Virus record (IMG/VR): IMGVR_UViG_3300028832_000098
Span: 81,241-145,240 of that record
Length of the DNA: 64,000 bases
Source: a virus
Taxonomy: Duplodnaviria; Heunggongvirae; Uroviricota; Caudoviricetes
Strand: one strand, 5' to 3'
The notes under the pieces were generated by a model. That model was not told the DNA's origin, ran no database searches, and saw nothing but the letters and a program-made list of their open reading frames with translations. Within the stretch, counting starts at the first letter, position 1. Every line of letters begins with the position of its first letter. A program made the position numbers and the translations under genes. Shown here one piece after another: positions 8,821-18,272 of this stretch.

Positions 8821-10568
8821 TATTTCTTATGCTGGTTATACGTAAAATACTTCGATTGTCGGACTATCGTCGCTGGAAGGTTGTTTATCTCGAAATCAAG
8901 CTTCCATAAGCAATATCTCAGCGACAGCTGGTCCCTGTAAGAACCTTTAAGAATCTCGTTCGCCCACATTTCATTTACTTTATTGACAGCTTTGTCATTC
9001 TTACGAACTAAAAGATTATTCTCATTCAAGCCGTAATTTTGAGGAAATCCTTCATCGCGGTATCTCTTCATTTGAGCGCTTACGACGTCTTTACTATCAA
9101 TACTGAAACTTGTTACAACATCGCCTTCATCATATAGACAAGTCCTCTTGAAATGAAGCGGTATACTGAATATGTTGTTATCACACACATCCGATATGAA
9201 CTTGACTGGGTCGGTATTGATGGTTATGTTGCCGTCGATATACATAGACCACTCGTGTTCAGGCAAATACTTCTGAGGCATTACCTTTATTATCCTTGAC
9301 TGTTTCTTAGCATCAACCGTCTTAAGCTCGTCAGGTATTTTATGTATTTCCCAGACATAGCTTTTCAGATTGTCATCAGAAAAACAGATATACCTGCATG
9401 CCGGTGAAATAACCTGCGGATTCTTCAGGTCGTCATACCCGTTTATTATGACGGTGTAACAGATATTTTTGCTCCTGTTATTATCCTTATAAAGATTCCT
9501 GAACTTTTCTATGTATTTGCCGTACTTGTTGTAGGTATACATTTTATACATATTGGTAATACCGGCGTCAGACCTGTCACCGAAGTAAGTCCTCGCATTC
9601 CCCGTCAAATTAGAAGAAAGTGTCTCGCTTAAGAAATTCATTCTTATTCCTTTTATACCAAGCAATTTATTTTTAGTCAGCTTGATATTATTCTTTGCAA
9701 AATATTTCTTGCACATCTCACCATTCCAAAAATAGAACGTGCCTGTATAATGTATTCCGTCATTTTTGATGCCGTCAGCCTTCAAGCTGTTCCTTATCAT
9801 ATCGACATCTTTCTTAAACGGTCCGCTCTTTGCGCATGAACTTATCGCTCCATAGGAATAATTATCTTCAAGGGTCTTAAGAGCAGAATCCCATCCGTCC
9901 ATCAGACAGCCTTGGTACATCAAGTAACACCAGTATTTTATGTCGAGTATCTTAGAGGCGTCATTATACTTAGCTCCTTTGAAATGAGAATAGAAAATTA
10001 TGCTGTCAGCCTTGCTAACGAAGTCCAGCATTTTTACCCAGGTTTCAAATTCACCTGTATTCTTGCTATTCTTTCTGAATTCTATTTTAACATCGGCTTT
10101 CCCGTTCTTGGTAAGCTCTTTGATTGATTTTGTTATAAAGTCTCTTGCCTCCTTGGTATCGGTATCAAGCGCGACATTGAAATGTATCTCGTCAAACTTA
10201 TTATCGAAGTCCGCAAGCCACAACATTGAAAAATGGAATTTCTCTAAATCGCTTAATACAAGGTTTGACCTGTCTTTAAACCACCAATGAATGAGATGGA
10301 TTTTCTTCTTGGCGTAAGGATATTTCTTCTTAGGCTTTTTATATTTCCAGATTTCAAGATTTTCAAAAGCCTCTATAATTTTTGGTGTAATCTCATCATT
10401 ATTCCAATCAAGTTTTGGATTACGTATGTTTATCGGCAGTAATGATTTTCTGATAGGCATCGCCTTACCAGAATTACCTTTTTGTGATACAACCGCAAAC
10501 TTTTTATTTACTGGCATCACCGGTTTCTGCGGACTTTTCTTAATAAGTATCTTTGCCCTGTATTTCAT
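8820..10568 (-). CDS. Putative glycosyltransferase (DUF616/TOD1-like C-terminal domain) with a basic N-terminal module shared with 11277..12245
   Basis: C-terminal region TVIINGYDDL...CFSDD...KVMPQKYLPEHEW...SMYIDGN resembles the DUF616 glycosyltransferase-like family. The N-terminal 48 aa MKYRAKILIKKSPQKPVMPVNKKFAVVSQKGNSGKAMPIRKSLLPINI is paralogous to the ATP-grasp protein N-terminus. Confidence 0.5.
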   Translation of the reverse strand: MKYRAKILIKKSPQKPVMPVNKKFAVVSQKGNSGKAMPIRKSLLPINIRNPKLDWNNDEITPKIIEAFENLEIWKYKKPKKKYPYAKKKIHLIHWWFKDRSNLVLSDLEKFHFSMLWLADFDNKFDEIHFNVALDTDTKEARDFITKSIKELTKNGKADVKIEFRKNSKNTGEFETWVKMLDFVSKADSIIFYSHFKGAKYNDASKILDIKYWCYLMYQGCLMDGWDSALKTLEDNYSYGAISSCAKSGPFKKDVDMIRNSLKADGIKNDGIHYTGTFYFWNGEMCKKYFAKNNIKLTKNKLLGIKGIRMNFLSETLSSNLTGNARTYFGDRSDAGITNMYKMYTYNKYGKYIEKFRNLYKDNNRSKNICYTVIINGYDDLKNPQVISPACRYICFSDDNLKSYVWEIHKIPDELKTVDAKKQSRIIKVMPQKYLPEHEWSMYIDGNITINTDPVKFISDVCDNNIFSIPLHFKRTCLYDEGDVVTSFSIDSKDVVSAQMKRYRDEGFPQNYGLNENNLLVRKNDKAVNKVNEMWANEILKGSYRDQLSLRYCLWKLDFEINNLPATIVRQSKYFTYNQHKK

Positions 10569-10619
10569 TTAAAATCTTGGTATTTAATGAATTAACAATT
10601 ACTGTGTATATCTTTATAT

Positions 10620-11261
10620 TTATATTTGCCAAAGTCTCCTTGAAAGATTTACAGCAATATCAACCCTATTATCTTTCCTATAAAAATTACATAAAGGATT
10701 TACAGAATTATATATTTTTATCTGGTCTCTTATACTTTGATTAAACTTAAATTTAAGTTTTGCTTTTTTATAATTGAGATAAAACCTTATATAGGTGTCA
10801 TCTACGCCGGTAGCAATTATATCATTTGGCAATTTTTCCCAAAATGAAGAATCAAATATACTTGACCTATAAATCGCTCTATTGCCTACCAAGCCTGAAT
10901 TGGGACAAAATACATCACAACCTTTAACTTCAGAGACCATCATTTTTATATAGTCGCTGCCGTATAGCAAATCATCGTCTATTGTAAGCAAAAGGTATTC
11001 TTGCCCATAATATTTTTTAAGAACAGGTATAAACTTTTTGAAAGATTTCGTGTTTTCCTTCACCCAGTTTATTTTAAGTAGTCCGTCAGATACTAATTTT
11101 ATCACATCACCTGGTAATTCATTTTCTTTATTTGGAAACTCATCCGTTGATAAGTTCAATTCTACACTGTCAGCTTTTAATGATTGATTCAAAATCGAAT
11201 TGCAGACAGCTGGTACATTTTCTATTCTGTCTTTCCAAGATGTAAATGATACTATAATCAT
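10620..11261 (-). CDS. Putative glycosyltransferase (GT-A-like, DxD)
   Basis: IIVSFTSWKDRIENV...LLTIDDDLLY motif; 213 aa. Weak evidence. Confidence 0.35.
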   Translation of the reverse strand: MIIVSFTSWKDRIENVPAVCNSILNQSLKADSVELNLSTDEFPNKENELPGDVIKLVSDGLLKINWVKENTKSFKKFIPVLKKYYGQEYLLLTIDDDLLYGSDYIKMMVSEVKGCDVFCPNSGLVGNRAIYRSSIFDSSFWEKLPNDIIATGVDDTYIRFYLNYKKAKLKFKFNQSIRDQIKIYNSVNPLCNFYRKDNRVDIAVNLSRRLWQI

Positions 11262-11276
11262 AGCTTATATGACTTA

Positions 11277-12245
11277 TTAAAGTTTCAACATATCTCCTAC
11301 CATTATTTCGTCTTCCTTATTCTTATATCTAAACATTCCAGAACCTGGAGCGAAAGTAAGCTCGCCTAAATAAATTTTACCCTTAATCTCATAAAGGTCG
11401 ACACGTACAAATTTGAAGTCACTTGAAAGAATCTTTGCTATCTCTTTCATCTTCTCGAAACTTTTCGGCTTTGCAAAATCCTTCAAGTCATACTGTATCC
11501 CGTAAAAATTACATACGTTGTCATCCATATCGAAATACAATATGTCTCCATGCCCGTGTCCTGCATTTATCGTGTACAGTTTAGGCTCGCCGTTAAAGCA
11601 CCAAAATTTGTAATCATATAACGATTCCTTCTGCTTCGAGTCAAACATATACTTTTCGGCGTAAGCTTTCCTGACTATATCGTGATAATGCCATTCATAA
11701 TGGTTCTTGACTGCAAAATCTGAATCAAGCCATGACGATAATTTATTTACGGCTTCTGTATAGTCAAGTTTGGATTCATCCTTTACTATAATGTTCATTC
11801 CGCTGCCATGGTTGCATTTCAGAACGAAGCTCTTCGGAAGGCCTTCTAAATCAATGTTCTTACCGTCAAATACCTTCAGAATCGGTATACATATATCCTT
11901 TCCCAATTTTTCTTTACAGTATTCGTGCAAAAGAATCTTATCGGCACATCTCGTTTTCAGTTCCGACAAATCGTTAAGCTTAAGCCATTGTAGCTTATCT
12001 TGTATCGTCTTGGGATTCTTTAGGTCATATTTGCCTTTACACCATTGGATAAATTCCTGTCTTTCATCAAGTACAGGAACTGCTTCAGGTTTAGGGTCAA
12101 CTATGTTTGTCGGCAATGCTGACTTCCTAATAGGCATTGTCTTGTCAGTATTACCTTTCCGTGCCACAACTGCAAACTTATTGTTTGCTGGTATTACCTG
12201 TTTCCTCTGTTTATCCTTAATGAGAATCTTTGACCTGTATTTCAT
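11277..12245 (-). CDS. TupA-like ATP-grasp family protein (amide-bond ligase fold) with shared basic N-terminal module
   Basis: KCNHGSGMNII, YDYKFWCFNGEPKLY, FVRVDLYEIKGKIYLGELTFAPGSG, typical of ATPgrasp_TupA. N-terminus MKYRSKILIKDKQRKQVIPANNKFAVVARKGNTDKTMPIRKSALPTNI. Confidence 0.6.
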   Translation of the reverse strand: MKYRSKILIKDKQRKQVIPANNKFAVVARKGNTDKTMPIRKSALPTNIVDPKPEAVPVLDERQEFIQWCKGKYDLKNPKTIQDKLQWLKLNDLSELKTRCADKILLHEYCKEKLGKDICIPILKVFDGKNIDLEGLPKSFVLKCNHGSGMNIIVKDESKLDYTEAVNKLSSWLDSDFAVKNHYEWHYHDIVRKAYAEKYMFDSKQKESLYDYKFWCFNGEPKLYTINAGHGHGDILYFDMDDNVCNFYGIQYDLKDFAKPKSFEKMKEIAKILSSDFKFVRVDLYEIKGKIYLGELTFAPGSGMFRYKNKEDEIMVGDMLKL

Positions 12246-12259
12246 TTTATCTAATCAAT

Positions 12260-12865
12260 TTAGAAAACGTAATCTTTTTCGTATTCCGAAGGTATTTCAT
12301 ATTCTTCGTTCTCAAGAACGAATTTTATTTTCTTTACTGCAAATGTGCAGTCTATTTTCTGCATATCTATTGCTTTACTTGAATAGTCAAGCTGCGGCGG
12401 CTGGCCTACCTGTGTAAACAGAACTTCAGAAAATTTCAGCCTGTACAATTCAAGGTTCCTGTTATCAAGGAACGTAAGATAAAAAGCCTCAGGCAGATAT
12501 TTCTCGCCGAAATGTGAATAGTAATAGTAACAGATGTCAGCCATTATGAAAAATACGAGGTATCCTTCATCAAGTTTCATAGATACTGTCATCGTTCCTT
12601 CGGAAAGTCCGTGGATACTTACATTGCCTCTGTATTGCCTTTGTACCCTCGAGCCTTGGTCTCCCTGCGTTACCGGTGTCTGCTGTATGCCGAGCGGAAT
12701 CTGCACGCCTTGAATTGCCAGATTAAGAAAATCCCTGACATTATCTACGGGATAGTCAGGGAGTCTCTTAATCAGTGGAGCATATCTCTTAGCTATACTT
12801 TCCGGCACAAACGACGCTGGGAACAAAAATTTGAACCTGTTATTTGAACCTGTTAAGAATGGCAT
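12260..12865 (-). CDS. hypothetical protein
   Basis: 201-aa ORF in the operon; no recognisable motif. Confidence 0.4.
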   Translation of the reverse strand: MPFLTGSNNRFKFLFPASFVPESIAKRYAPLIKRLPDYPVDNVRDFLNLAIQGVQIPLGIQQTPVTQGDQGSRVQRQYRGNVSIHGLSEGTMTVSMKLDEGYLVFFIMADICYYYYSHFGEKYLPEAFYLTFLDNRNLELYRLKFSEVLFTQVGQPPQLDYSSKAIDMQKIDCTFAVKKIKFVLENEEYEIPSEYEKDYVF

Positions 12866-12867
12866 AA

Positions 12868-14370
12868 TTAGATATTTTCTTTCTTTTCACGAATTTTATT
12901 TGTATAGTCTGCAATCAATGCACGAACTTCGTCAAGCTTCTGCTTCTGACCTTTATCCTTAGGATTGAGACCGTCTGTAACATTCATAAGGTTTTCAAGT
13001 ATTTCAAGGTCATGGTCATAAATCATTTTCTTCATTTCGTTCGTTACAGACTTGCTGTTGTAGTCTATAAGTCTTTCACGCATCATAGTCTTCACGTCAA
13101 GCGACGTCCATTTAGACATATCGCTTACCGCCTCGTTGAGGTCTTTGTAGTCTTTCAACATCGACTTGCCCTCACTGACATAGAACACGCAATACTTGTT
13201 CCTGTTGTATTTGCCTTCAAGGAATATAGCTACATTCGAATTGACGTCGTTTGCGAACATCTCAGTCTTGCATACGTCAGATATGTCTTTTATGAACATC
13301 CTGTTTTCTATGAACTCAGACATACGCCTTACGTCAAACTTGACATCAGAAAGAAGGGATGCACGCCTTACAGCCTCTGAAAGAACATATCCGGACAAAT
13401 CTGAATATTCAGCCTCATTGATTGAAAACATGCCGTTGACACCGACTGTTATGACATTGTTATAATATGAAAGCTTTGTACCTTCATTCTTAAACATGCC
13501 TATGCCTTCAAGCACGGTACCGAACCTTATCGTTCTGTTGCTTGATGGCTCGTGGTATTTCAACTGTGTCTCGTGTATGAATTCGTTCGCTTTCTCGAGT
13601 ACATACAACTTATCCTTGATACCAAAAAGAATATCCCCGTTTTCCTTCACCATAACAGGGAGAACATATCTGTCCATTGGTTTCCTGTTACATTCAACAG
13701 GCGCCGGATTGATTTTTTCAAGATATTTCTTTACTATCGGCAACTGTCCGTACCCTTCAAGAATCTTGTCAAGAGGTTTCCTTTCATCGTCATTACGTCC
13801 GATATTGTCTTCTATCTCAGAGCAAAGTCGTTCAACAAATTCGGAATAAAGAGGACTGTTTGCGTATTTACGGCAACCTGCCATAACCCTCATAGCTTCA
13901 ACGGCATAAATGTCGGAAGTTATCAGCTTACGTACCTCCTGAATATAGTCGTTAACGACCTCAACAGACTGACTGTACTCCATAAGCTTCGCTGCGAATT
14001 GTGGAGCAGCTTCGTAAAGTAAGAGACTGTTGTTCTCGATTTTTGACATCGGATACAAACCTTCCAAGAAGCCTAATGTTTCAAGAGCTTTCGCAGCAAA
14101 TAGATTGGAATCCTTTTGCAACGTGTCTCTCAGTTTCTCGTTAAAGCTTCCGAACTGCTGAATCCTTTGGTTGTAATACTTGCGAAAATGGTCGCTCTTG
14201 CCCCATACTTTTTCAAGGACATCATTGATGACTGCCTTGTCATACTGCATGTTTTTCAAAGCGATTTCCGCTACATTCTTTTCAATGCCGCCTGCGAACA
14301 TCTGCATAGCCAAATCGACTATGTTGCCTTGCTCTTTTACCTGCGTTTGTTTTCCAGAATTATTTTCCAT
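12868..14370 (-). CDS. hypothetical protein (500 aa)
   Basis: Long ORF with good coding density; not recognised. Confidence 0.45.
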   Translation of the reverse strand: MENNSGKQTQVKEQGNIVDLAMQMFAGGIEKNVAEIALKNMQYDKAVINDVLEKVWGKSDHFRKYYNQRIQQFGSFNEKLRDTLQKDSNLFAAKALETLGFLEGLYPMSKIENNSLLLYEAAPQFAAKLMEYSQSVEVVNDYIQEVRKLITSDIYAVEAMRVMAGCRKYANSPLYSEFVERLCSEIEDNIGRNDDERKPLDKILEGYGQLPIVKKYLEKINPAPVECNRKPMDRYVLPVMVKENGDILFGIKDKLYVLEKANEFIHETQLKYHEPSSNRTIRFGTVLEGIGMFKNEGTKLSYYNNVITVGVNGMFSINEAEYSDLSGYVLSEAVRRASLLSDVKFDVRRMSEFIENRMFIKDISDVCKTEMFANDVNSNVAIFLEGKYNRNKYCVFYVSEGKSMLKDYKDLNEAVSDMSKWTSLDVKTMMRERLIDYNSKSVTNEMKKMIYDHDLEILENLMNVTDGLNPKDKGQKQKLDEVRALIADYTNKIREKKENI

Positions 14371-14434
14371 CTTTATAAAGTTTTAAATTACCTTTATATT
14401 TATGGAATTCCTGAAAACCATTCATAGTAAGGAC

Positions 14435-14665
14435 TTAAGAAAAAATTGCTTTCCTCGGACGCATCACAGTATAGTCGATATACTCCTTCAGCATATTAAG
14501 CATGTATTCCGGGATATATCTGACTTTCCTGTTTTGAACGAAGTAATAAGTATCCGGTTTATACTCATACTTGTCGACATCTTCGGCTCCGTATCTTGAG
14601 AGCCAGCTCTTCACGTTTTCAGGGTGTTTGTCGTCACCCTTGTACAATACTAATTTTCTCGCCAT
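14435..14665 (-). CDS. small hypothetical protein
   Basis: 76-aa ORF in the gene string. Confidence 0.3.
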   Translation of the reverse strand: MARKLVLYKGDDKHPENVKSWLSRYGAEDVDKYEYKPDTYYFVQNRKVRYIPEYMLNMLKEYIDYTVMRPRKAIFS

Positions 14666-14740
14666 TATTTGATTATTTTAACAAATGTAATTAAATTACT
14701 TGCTATTGAGTAAAAATGTCCCAGATTTAACGAAATCGCG

Positions 14741-14953
14741 TCATTTCTTTTTAATTACTTCAAGAAGATGCCTTGCGAATATCCTGAATCCCTCACGAGC
14801 GCTCTCATTATACGCGTCGCAATCAAGATATTTCAAAACATTTTGAATTTTCGCTTGAAAGTCTTCATCCTTAATCTGACAGACAATATCGGATAAATGC
14901 TCTTCGTATTTTACATTTTTCACTATGAATTGCTTGATTTCTTCGTTATCCAT
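14741..14953 (-). CDS. small hypothetical protein
   Basis: 70-aa ORF. Confidence 0.3.
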   Translation of the reverse strand: MDNEEIKQFIVKNVKYEEHLSDIVCQIKDEDFQAKIQNVLKYLDCDAYNESAREGFRIFARHLLEVIKKK

Positions 14954-14964
14954 AATTATAAAAT

Positions 14965-15159
14965 TTATTTTTCGTCTTCATGTTGGCTGCGTACTTTCTC
15001 TATCATATCGATTATTGCGCATGTTTCTATAAATCCAGCGACTGGCTCGCCGCTACTGAGCTTGTCATATATTTGTCCGAATTCATCACCGTAAACCTCC
15101 ACACAGGCTTTGCGCAAGTCAAATTTTTTCTTTCTCCTGAATAAATCAAAAAATCCCAT
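14965..15159 (-). CDS. small hypothetical protein
   Basis: 64-aa ORF. Confidence 0.3.
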   Translation of the reverse strand: MGFFDLFRRKKKFDLRKACVEVYGDEFGQIYDKLSSGEPVAGFIETCAIIDMIEKVRSQHEDEK

Positions 15160-15176
15160 ATTGTATTGATAGTATT

Positions 15177-15479
15177 TTAGTATTTTCTCATCAAATTGGA
15201 AAAATAAATGTCTTTCAGTTTCTGAAGTTCTGCTCTCTTTATGCTTTTGTTTGCGACATCATAGAGCATTTTGACCGCAGTGTCATACTCTTCATCGCTA
15301 TAAGCATACCTCTTCAAGTCTGAAAATGTAGCTTCGAGAGCTTTGATGTCATCTTCAGTAGTTACTGATTTAGCGGTTTCAATTGATAAATTGATAGCCA
15401 CATTTCTTTTAAAGACTCTGTCAGTCAGCAAAAGTACGATTGTGACTAAAATGATAGCAAATGTTAATGCTGCTGCCAT
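15177..15479 (-). CDS. small membrane protein (N-terminal TM helix)
   Basis: MAAALTFAIILVTIVLLLT hydrophobic segment; preceded by the GTTGTTTTTTATATAAAAA motif. Confidence 0.4.
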   Translation of the reverse strand: MAAALTFAIILVTIVLLLTDRVFKRNVAINLSIETAKSVTTEDDIKALEATFSDLKRYAYSDEEYDTAVKMLYDVANKSIKRAELQKLKDIYFSNLMRKY

Positions 15480-15524
15480 AACTGCAATTTTGTTTTTATA
15501 TAAAAAACAACGTTTTACCAGAAA

Positions 15525-15557
15525 TCCATAAAAGGTCTTCTTTTTACGGAAGACCTT
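15525..15557 (-). terminator. Intrinsic terminator hairpin (AAGGTCTTC-N8-GAAGACCTT) plus T-run
   Basis: Perfect 9-bp stem; on the minus strand followed by TTTTATGG; 28 nt after the 15585 stop. Confidence 0.55.
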
Positions 15558-15584
15558 CTTTGGTTATTTCTAACTGTGTAGACT

Positions 15585-15803
15585 CTATTGATTACAGTTT
15601 ACCATCTCAGCATGCTTGCATTGTATATTCTTACATTGATTACTACAATTTTGCGCATTTCCAATAGTTATAAAAGCTATAACTGCAAATGTAATAAAAA
15701 TACTTAATACACAGATTATAAATCCAACTCCACCCACAAAAATACTTTTTTTGTTAGACTTAGAAATACATGCTCTATCCGTCTTAAAAATTCTTGTTAC
15801 CAT
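15585..15803 (-). CDS. small Cys-rich membrane protein
   Basis: TM segment IFVGGVGFIICVLSIFITFAVIAFITI and a C-terminal CSNQCKNIQCK. Shares leader and first ~10 codons (MVTRIFKTDR) with 15854..16339. Confidence 0.35.
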   Translation of the reverse strand: MVTRIFKTDRACISKSNKKSIFVGGVGFIICVLSIFITFAVIAFITIGNAQNCSNQCKNIQCKHAEMVNCNQ

Positions 15804-15853
15804 TTTTGTTTTGTTTTTATTTGTTTGTACTTGTTTGTAATAAAAGCAACATT

Positions 15854-16339
15854 CTATATTGCATTGATAGTCATTCCAGTATTATATAAATTTGTAAGCT
15901 TCTCTTGTCTTTCATCAACTTGCTTTATCCATTGAAGCATTTTCTCAGCACCTTCTTTTTTGGTATATGCGACAACATTCATAAATCCTCCATATCCAAA
16001 GTCATCGCCTGAATGTCCGTATGCAATCGTATCGCAACAGCCTTCTATAACAGGATGGTTACATATATCCCATCTTATAAATGGTGGACATTTTAAAGCA
16101 TCCCAGACATCTATTCCGAATATTGTCTTTTTCTGTTGTTCCTTACCGAAGACATTCACCCATTTTTCTGTCTGCAGAATAGCATAAATAGGTCCTTCCA
16201 ATAATGCCTCTATTAAAGGAAGGGAACCAGTCTCACCAATACGTATACCCAATACGTTTTCTATTTCCTTTGGATTTCCATTCAATTCAACAATTGAATA
16301 CTCAAATGTTCTGCCTGTCTTAAAAATACTTGTTTCCAT
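15854..16339 (-). CDS. hypothetical protein (possible SMI1/KNR4-SUKH-like fold)
   Basis: Start trimmed to METSIFKTGR at 16339, because the track ORF overlapped the MCP. C-terminal ...AYGHSGDDFGYGGF pattern resembles SUKH-1 (weak). Confidence 0.4.
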   Translation of the reverse strand: METSIFKTGRTFEYSIVELNGNPKEIENVLGIRIGETGSLPLIEALLEGPIYAILQTEKWVNVFGKEQQKKTIFGIDVWDALKCPPFIRWDICNHPVIEGCCDTIAYGHSGDDFGYGGFMNVVAYTKKEGAEKMLQWIKQVDERQEKLTNLYNTGMTINAI

Positions 16340-16403
16340 TTTTGTTTTGTTTTTAGTTGTTTGTACTTGTTTGTATATAAAAAACAACATTTTACAAGAA
16401 ACC

Positions 16404-16441
16404 ACAATAAAAAAGAAGGTCTTCTTTTTACGGAAGACCTT
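16404..16441 (-). terminator. Intrinsic terminator after the major capsid gene (same hairpin as 15532..15557)
   Basis: AAGGTCTTCCGTAAAAAGAAGACCTT followed by CTTTTTTATTG on the minus strand, 26 nt after the MCP stop. Confidence 0.65.
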
Positions 16442-16466
16442 CTTGGTTGTTTCTAACTGTGTTAGA

Positions 16467-18164
16467 TTACACAAGTTCGATTGATGGGCTAAATGCCATA
16501 TCGAAACGCAAGTATTGCAAATCTGGATAGTGACCAGCAGCAAGAAGTGCGAAACGAGATTTCATTGCACCAGCGTATGCGAATGTCGCAGTTGCTGTCG
16601 TAGTTACTTTCTTAGCCATAATGTATGGTAAGAAAATCAAACCTGGGTCATTAGGTTTAGTGATACGACCAACCAAAACGCCTGTATAGTTTACAGGAAG
16701 GTTCGGGTCTTGGTACAATGTAATGTTGCTTACCTGTCCAATTGGATTAGGAGCATCAGCTACAGATTGAACGTTGTTAGGCAAAGTGATTTGAGTAAGA
16801 CCTGCTACAGATTGTACTGCAGTTACGAACTGAGTAGAACCGATAGCGAAGAATTTACCACCTGACAAACGAGAATCGTGAGAGATGATGTTAGCAGCAT
16901 ACAACAATTTACGCATTACACGTGCTTGAAGTGTCAACGAAGTTTCACCACCGTTGTCAACAACTACTTGTTTGTAATCTTTGTAAGCAGCAGGAATGTC
17001 TTCGTCAGCATCTGCAACTGATTTGAAGTAAGTGTTCAATACTTCGCCTCTGTCTTCAAGACGGTCAGCATGTTTGCCAGCCAATTCCCACATCTTAGTT
17101 AAGATGTACTTGTTAGTAGATTGAGACAATTCGTTAAGAGCATCACCTTCGATTTGAGCGATGATGTCTTGACCGTCAGCCTGTGCATCTTCGATTTGTT
17201 CCCAAGTAGCTGAGAAACCAACTTGGTAAGTTCTTACTTTGTAATCGAAAGAAGTACGTTTAGCACCCAAGAAGTTAACTGTAGTAGCTTCTCCTTCTTC
17301 ACGTTCGAATGGTTCTACACCGAAATTGTTGTCGTAAGGATTCTTTGAACCAGTTTTTTCTACTGAGTTTTCATAGAAGTCACGACCTGTGAATGCAGTG
17401 ATGTGATTTTCTTTCGTATTTACTTGACCGAATACGAAGATACCTTCGAATGCTTCTGCAAGAGTTTGAGCGCCATTGAAACGACGTGCATTGAATTCAC
17501 CCGGTTTAGCGTCTTTTCTTTCAACTAAGAAGATTGGTTTACCAGAGATGAAGCCAAGTTCAACGAATGTCAATTTGAAATCACCTTGTTCAATAACAGG
17601 AGCTTCAGAACCTTCAGCTTCGATAACTTTCTTCAATAATTCTGCACCTTCTTCAGAAGCTTCAACAACTTCAACAAGCAATGGGTCAGCAACTGCATTT
17701 GTAAATTTGTAGCTTACATTACCATCTTTGTCGTAAGTACGCAAGTCACCATTGATACGGCCACCTTCGTAAACAGTATCGTAGAAACGATATTGACCTT
17801 GAGGAGCTGATACCGGTACAACTGCCAACAAGTCAAGAGCGATTGTTTGAGCAGCTGCTTGCATTGCGATAGCTACACTTGAAGCGATTGCATCTGCTGA
17901 ACCGTTACGTACACCAGAGAAACCATTTTCACCACCATTAGGGAATTGAATTGCGCCAGCGCCTTGCATAGTCATTGACGGATTCAATGTTGGTCCCCAG
18001 AAAGCAGATTCCAAAATTGGTTTCATTTTATCGTCGTTATCTTGGATAGCGCAAACTTTAGACATCCAAGCAACTTTTACAGGGTCTTTTATTCCGGTTG
18101 ATTCTTCAATCACCTTGCCCCAATCCTGAAGGGCTTTTACACTATTGATTTCCATTTCTATCAA
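16467..18164 (-). CDS. Major capsid protein, T4 gp23-like (HK97 fold)
   Basis: ...AIASSVAIAMQAAAQTIALDLLAVVPVSAPQGQYRFYDTVY... aligns with T4 gp23 ...NLIAFDICGVQPMNSPTGQVFALRAVY.... Length 565 aa; followed by a terminator; next to the protease-scaffold gene. Confidence 0.8.
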   Translation of the reverse strand: MIEMEINSVKALQDWGKVIEESTGIKDPVKVAWMSKVCAIQDNDDKMKPILESAFWGPTLNPSMTMQGAGAIQFPNGGENGFSGVRNGSADAIASSVAIAMQAAAQTIALDLLAVVPVSAPQGQYRFYDTVYEGGRINGDLRTYDKDGNVSYKFTNAVADPLLVEVVEASEEGAELLKKVIEAEGSEAPVIEQGDFKLTFVELGFISGKPIFLVERKDAKPGEFNARRFNGAQTLAEAFEGIFVFGQVNTKENHITAFTGRDFYENSVEKTGSKNPYDNNFGVEPFEREEGEATTVNFLGAKRTSFDYKVRTYQVGFSATWEQIEDAQADGQDIIAQIEGDALNELSQSTNKYILTKMWELAGKHADRLEDRGEVLNTYFKSVADADEDIPAAYKDYKQVVVDNGGETSLTLQARVMRKLLYAANIISHDSRLSGGKFFAIGSTQFVTAVQSVAGLTQITLPNNVQSVADAPNPIGQVSNITLYQDPNLPVNYTGVLVGRITKPNDPGLIFLPYIMAKKVTTTATATFAYAGAMKSRFALLAAGHYPDLQYLRFDMAFSPSIELV

Positions 18165-18272
18165 ATTTTTAAGTTACACTTTTGAAACAATTCACAACAC
18201 CGGAATAAGTTCCTTTCTTTCTTGCTCCGAAGCGTTAGCTTTTATATTTATATTTTTCTAAATTTCCTCATT

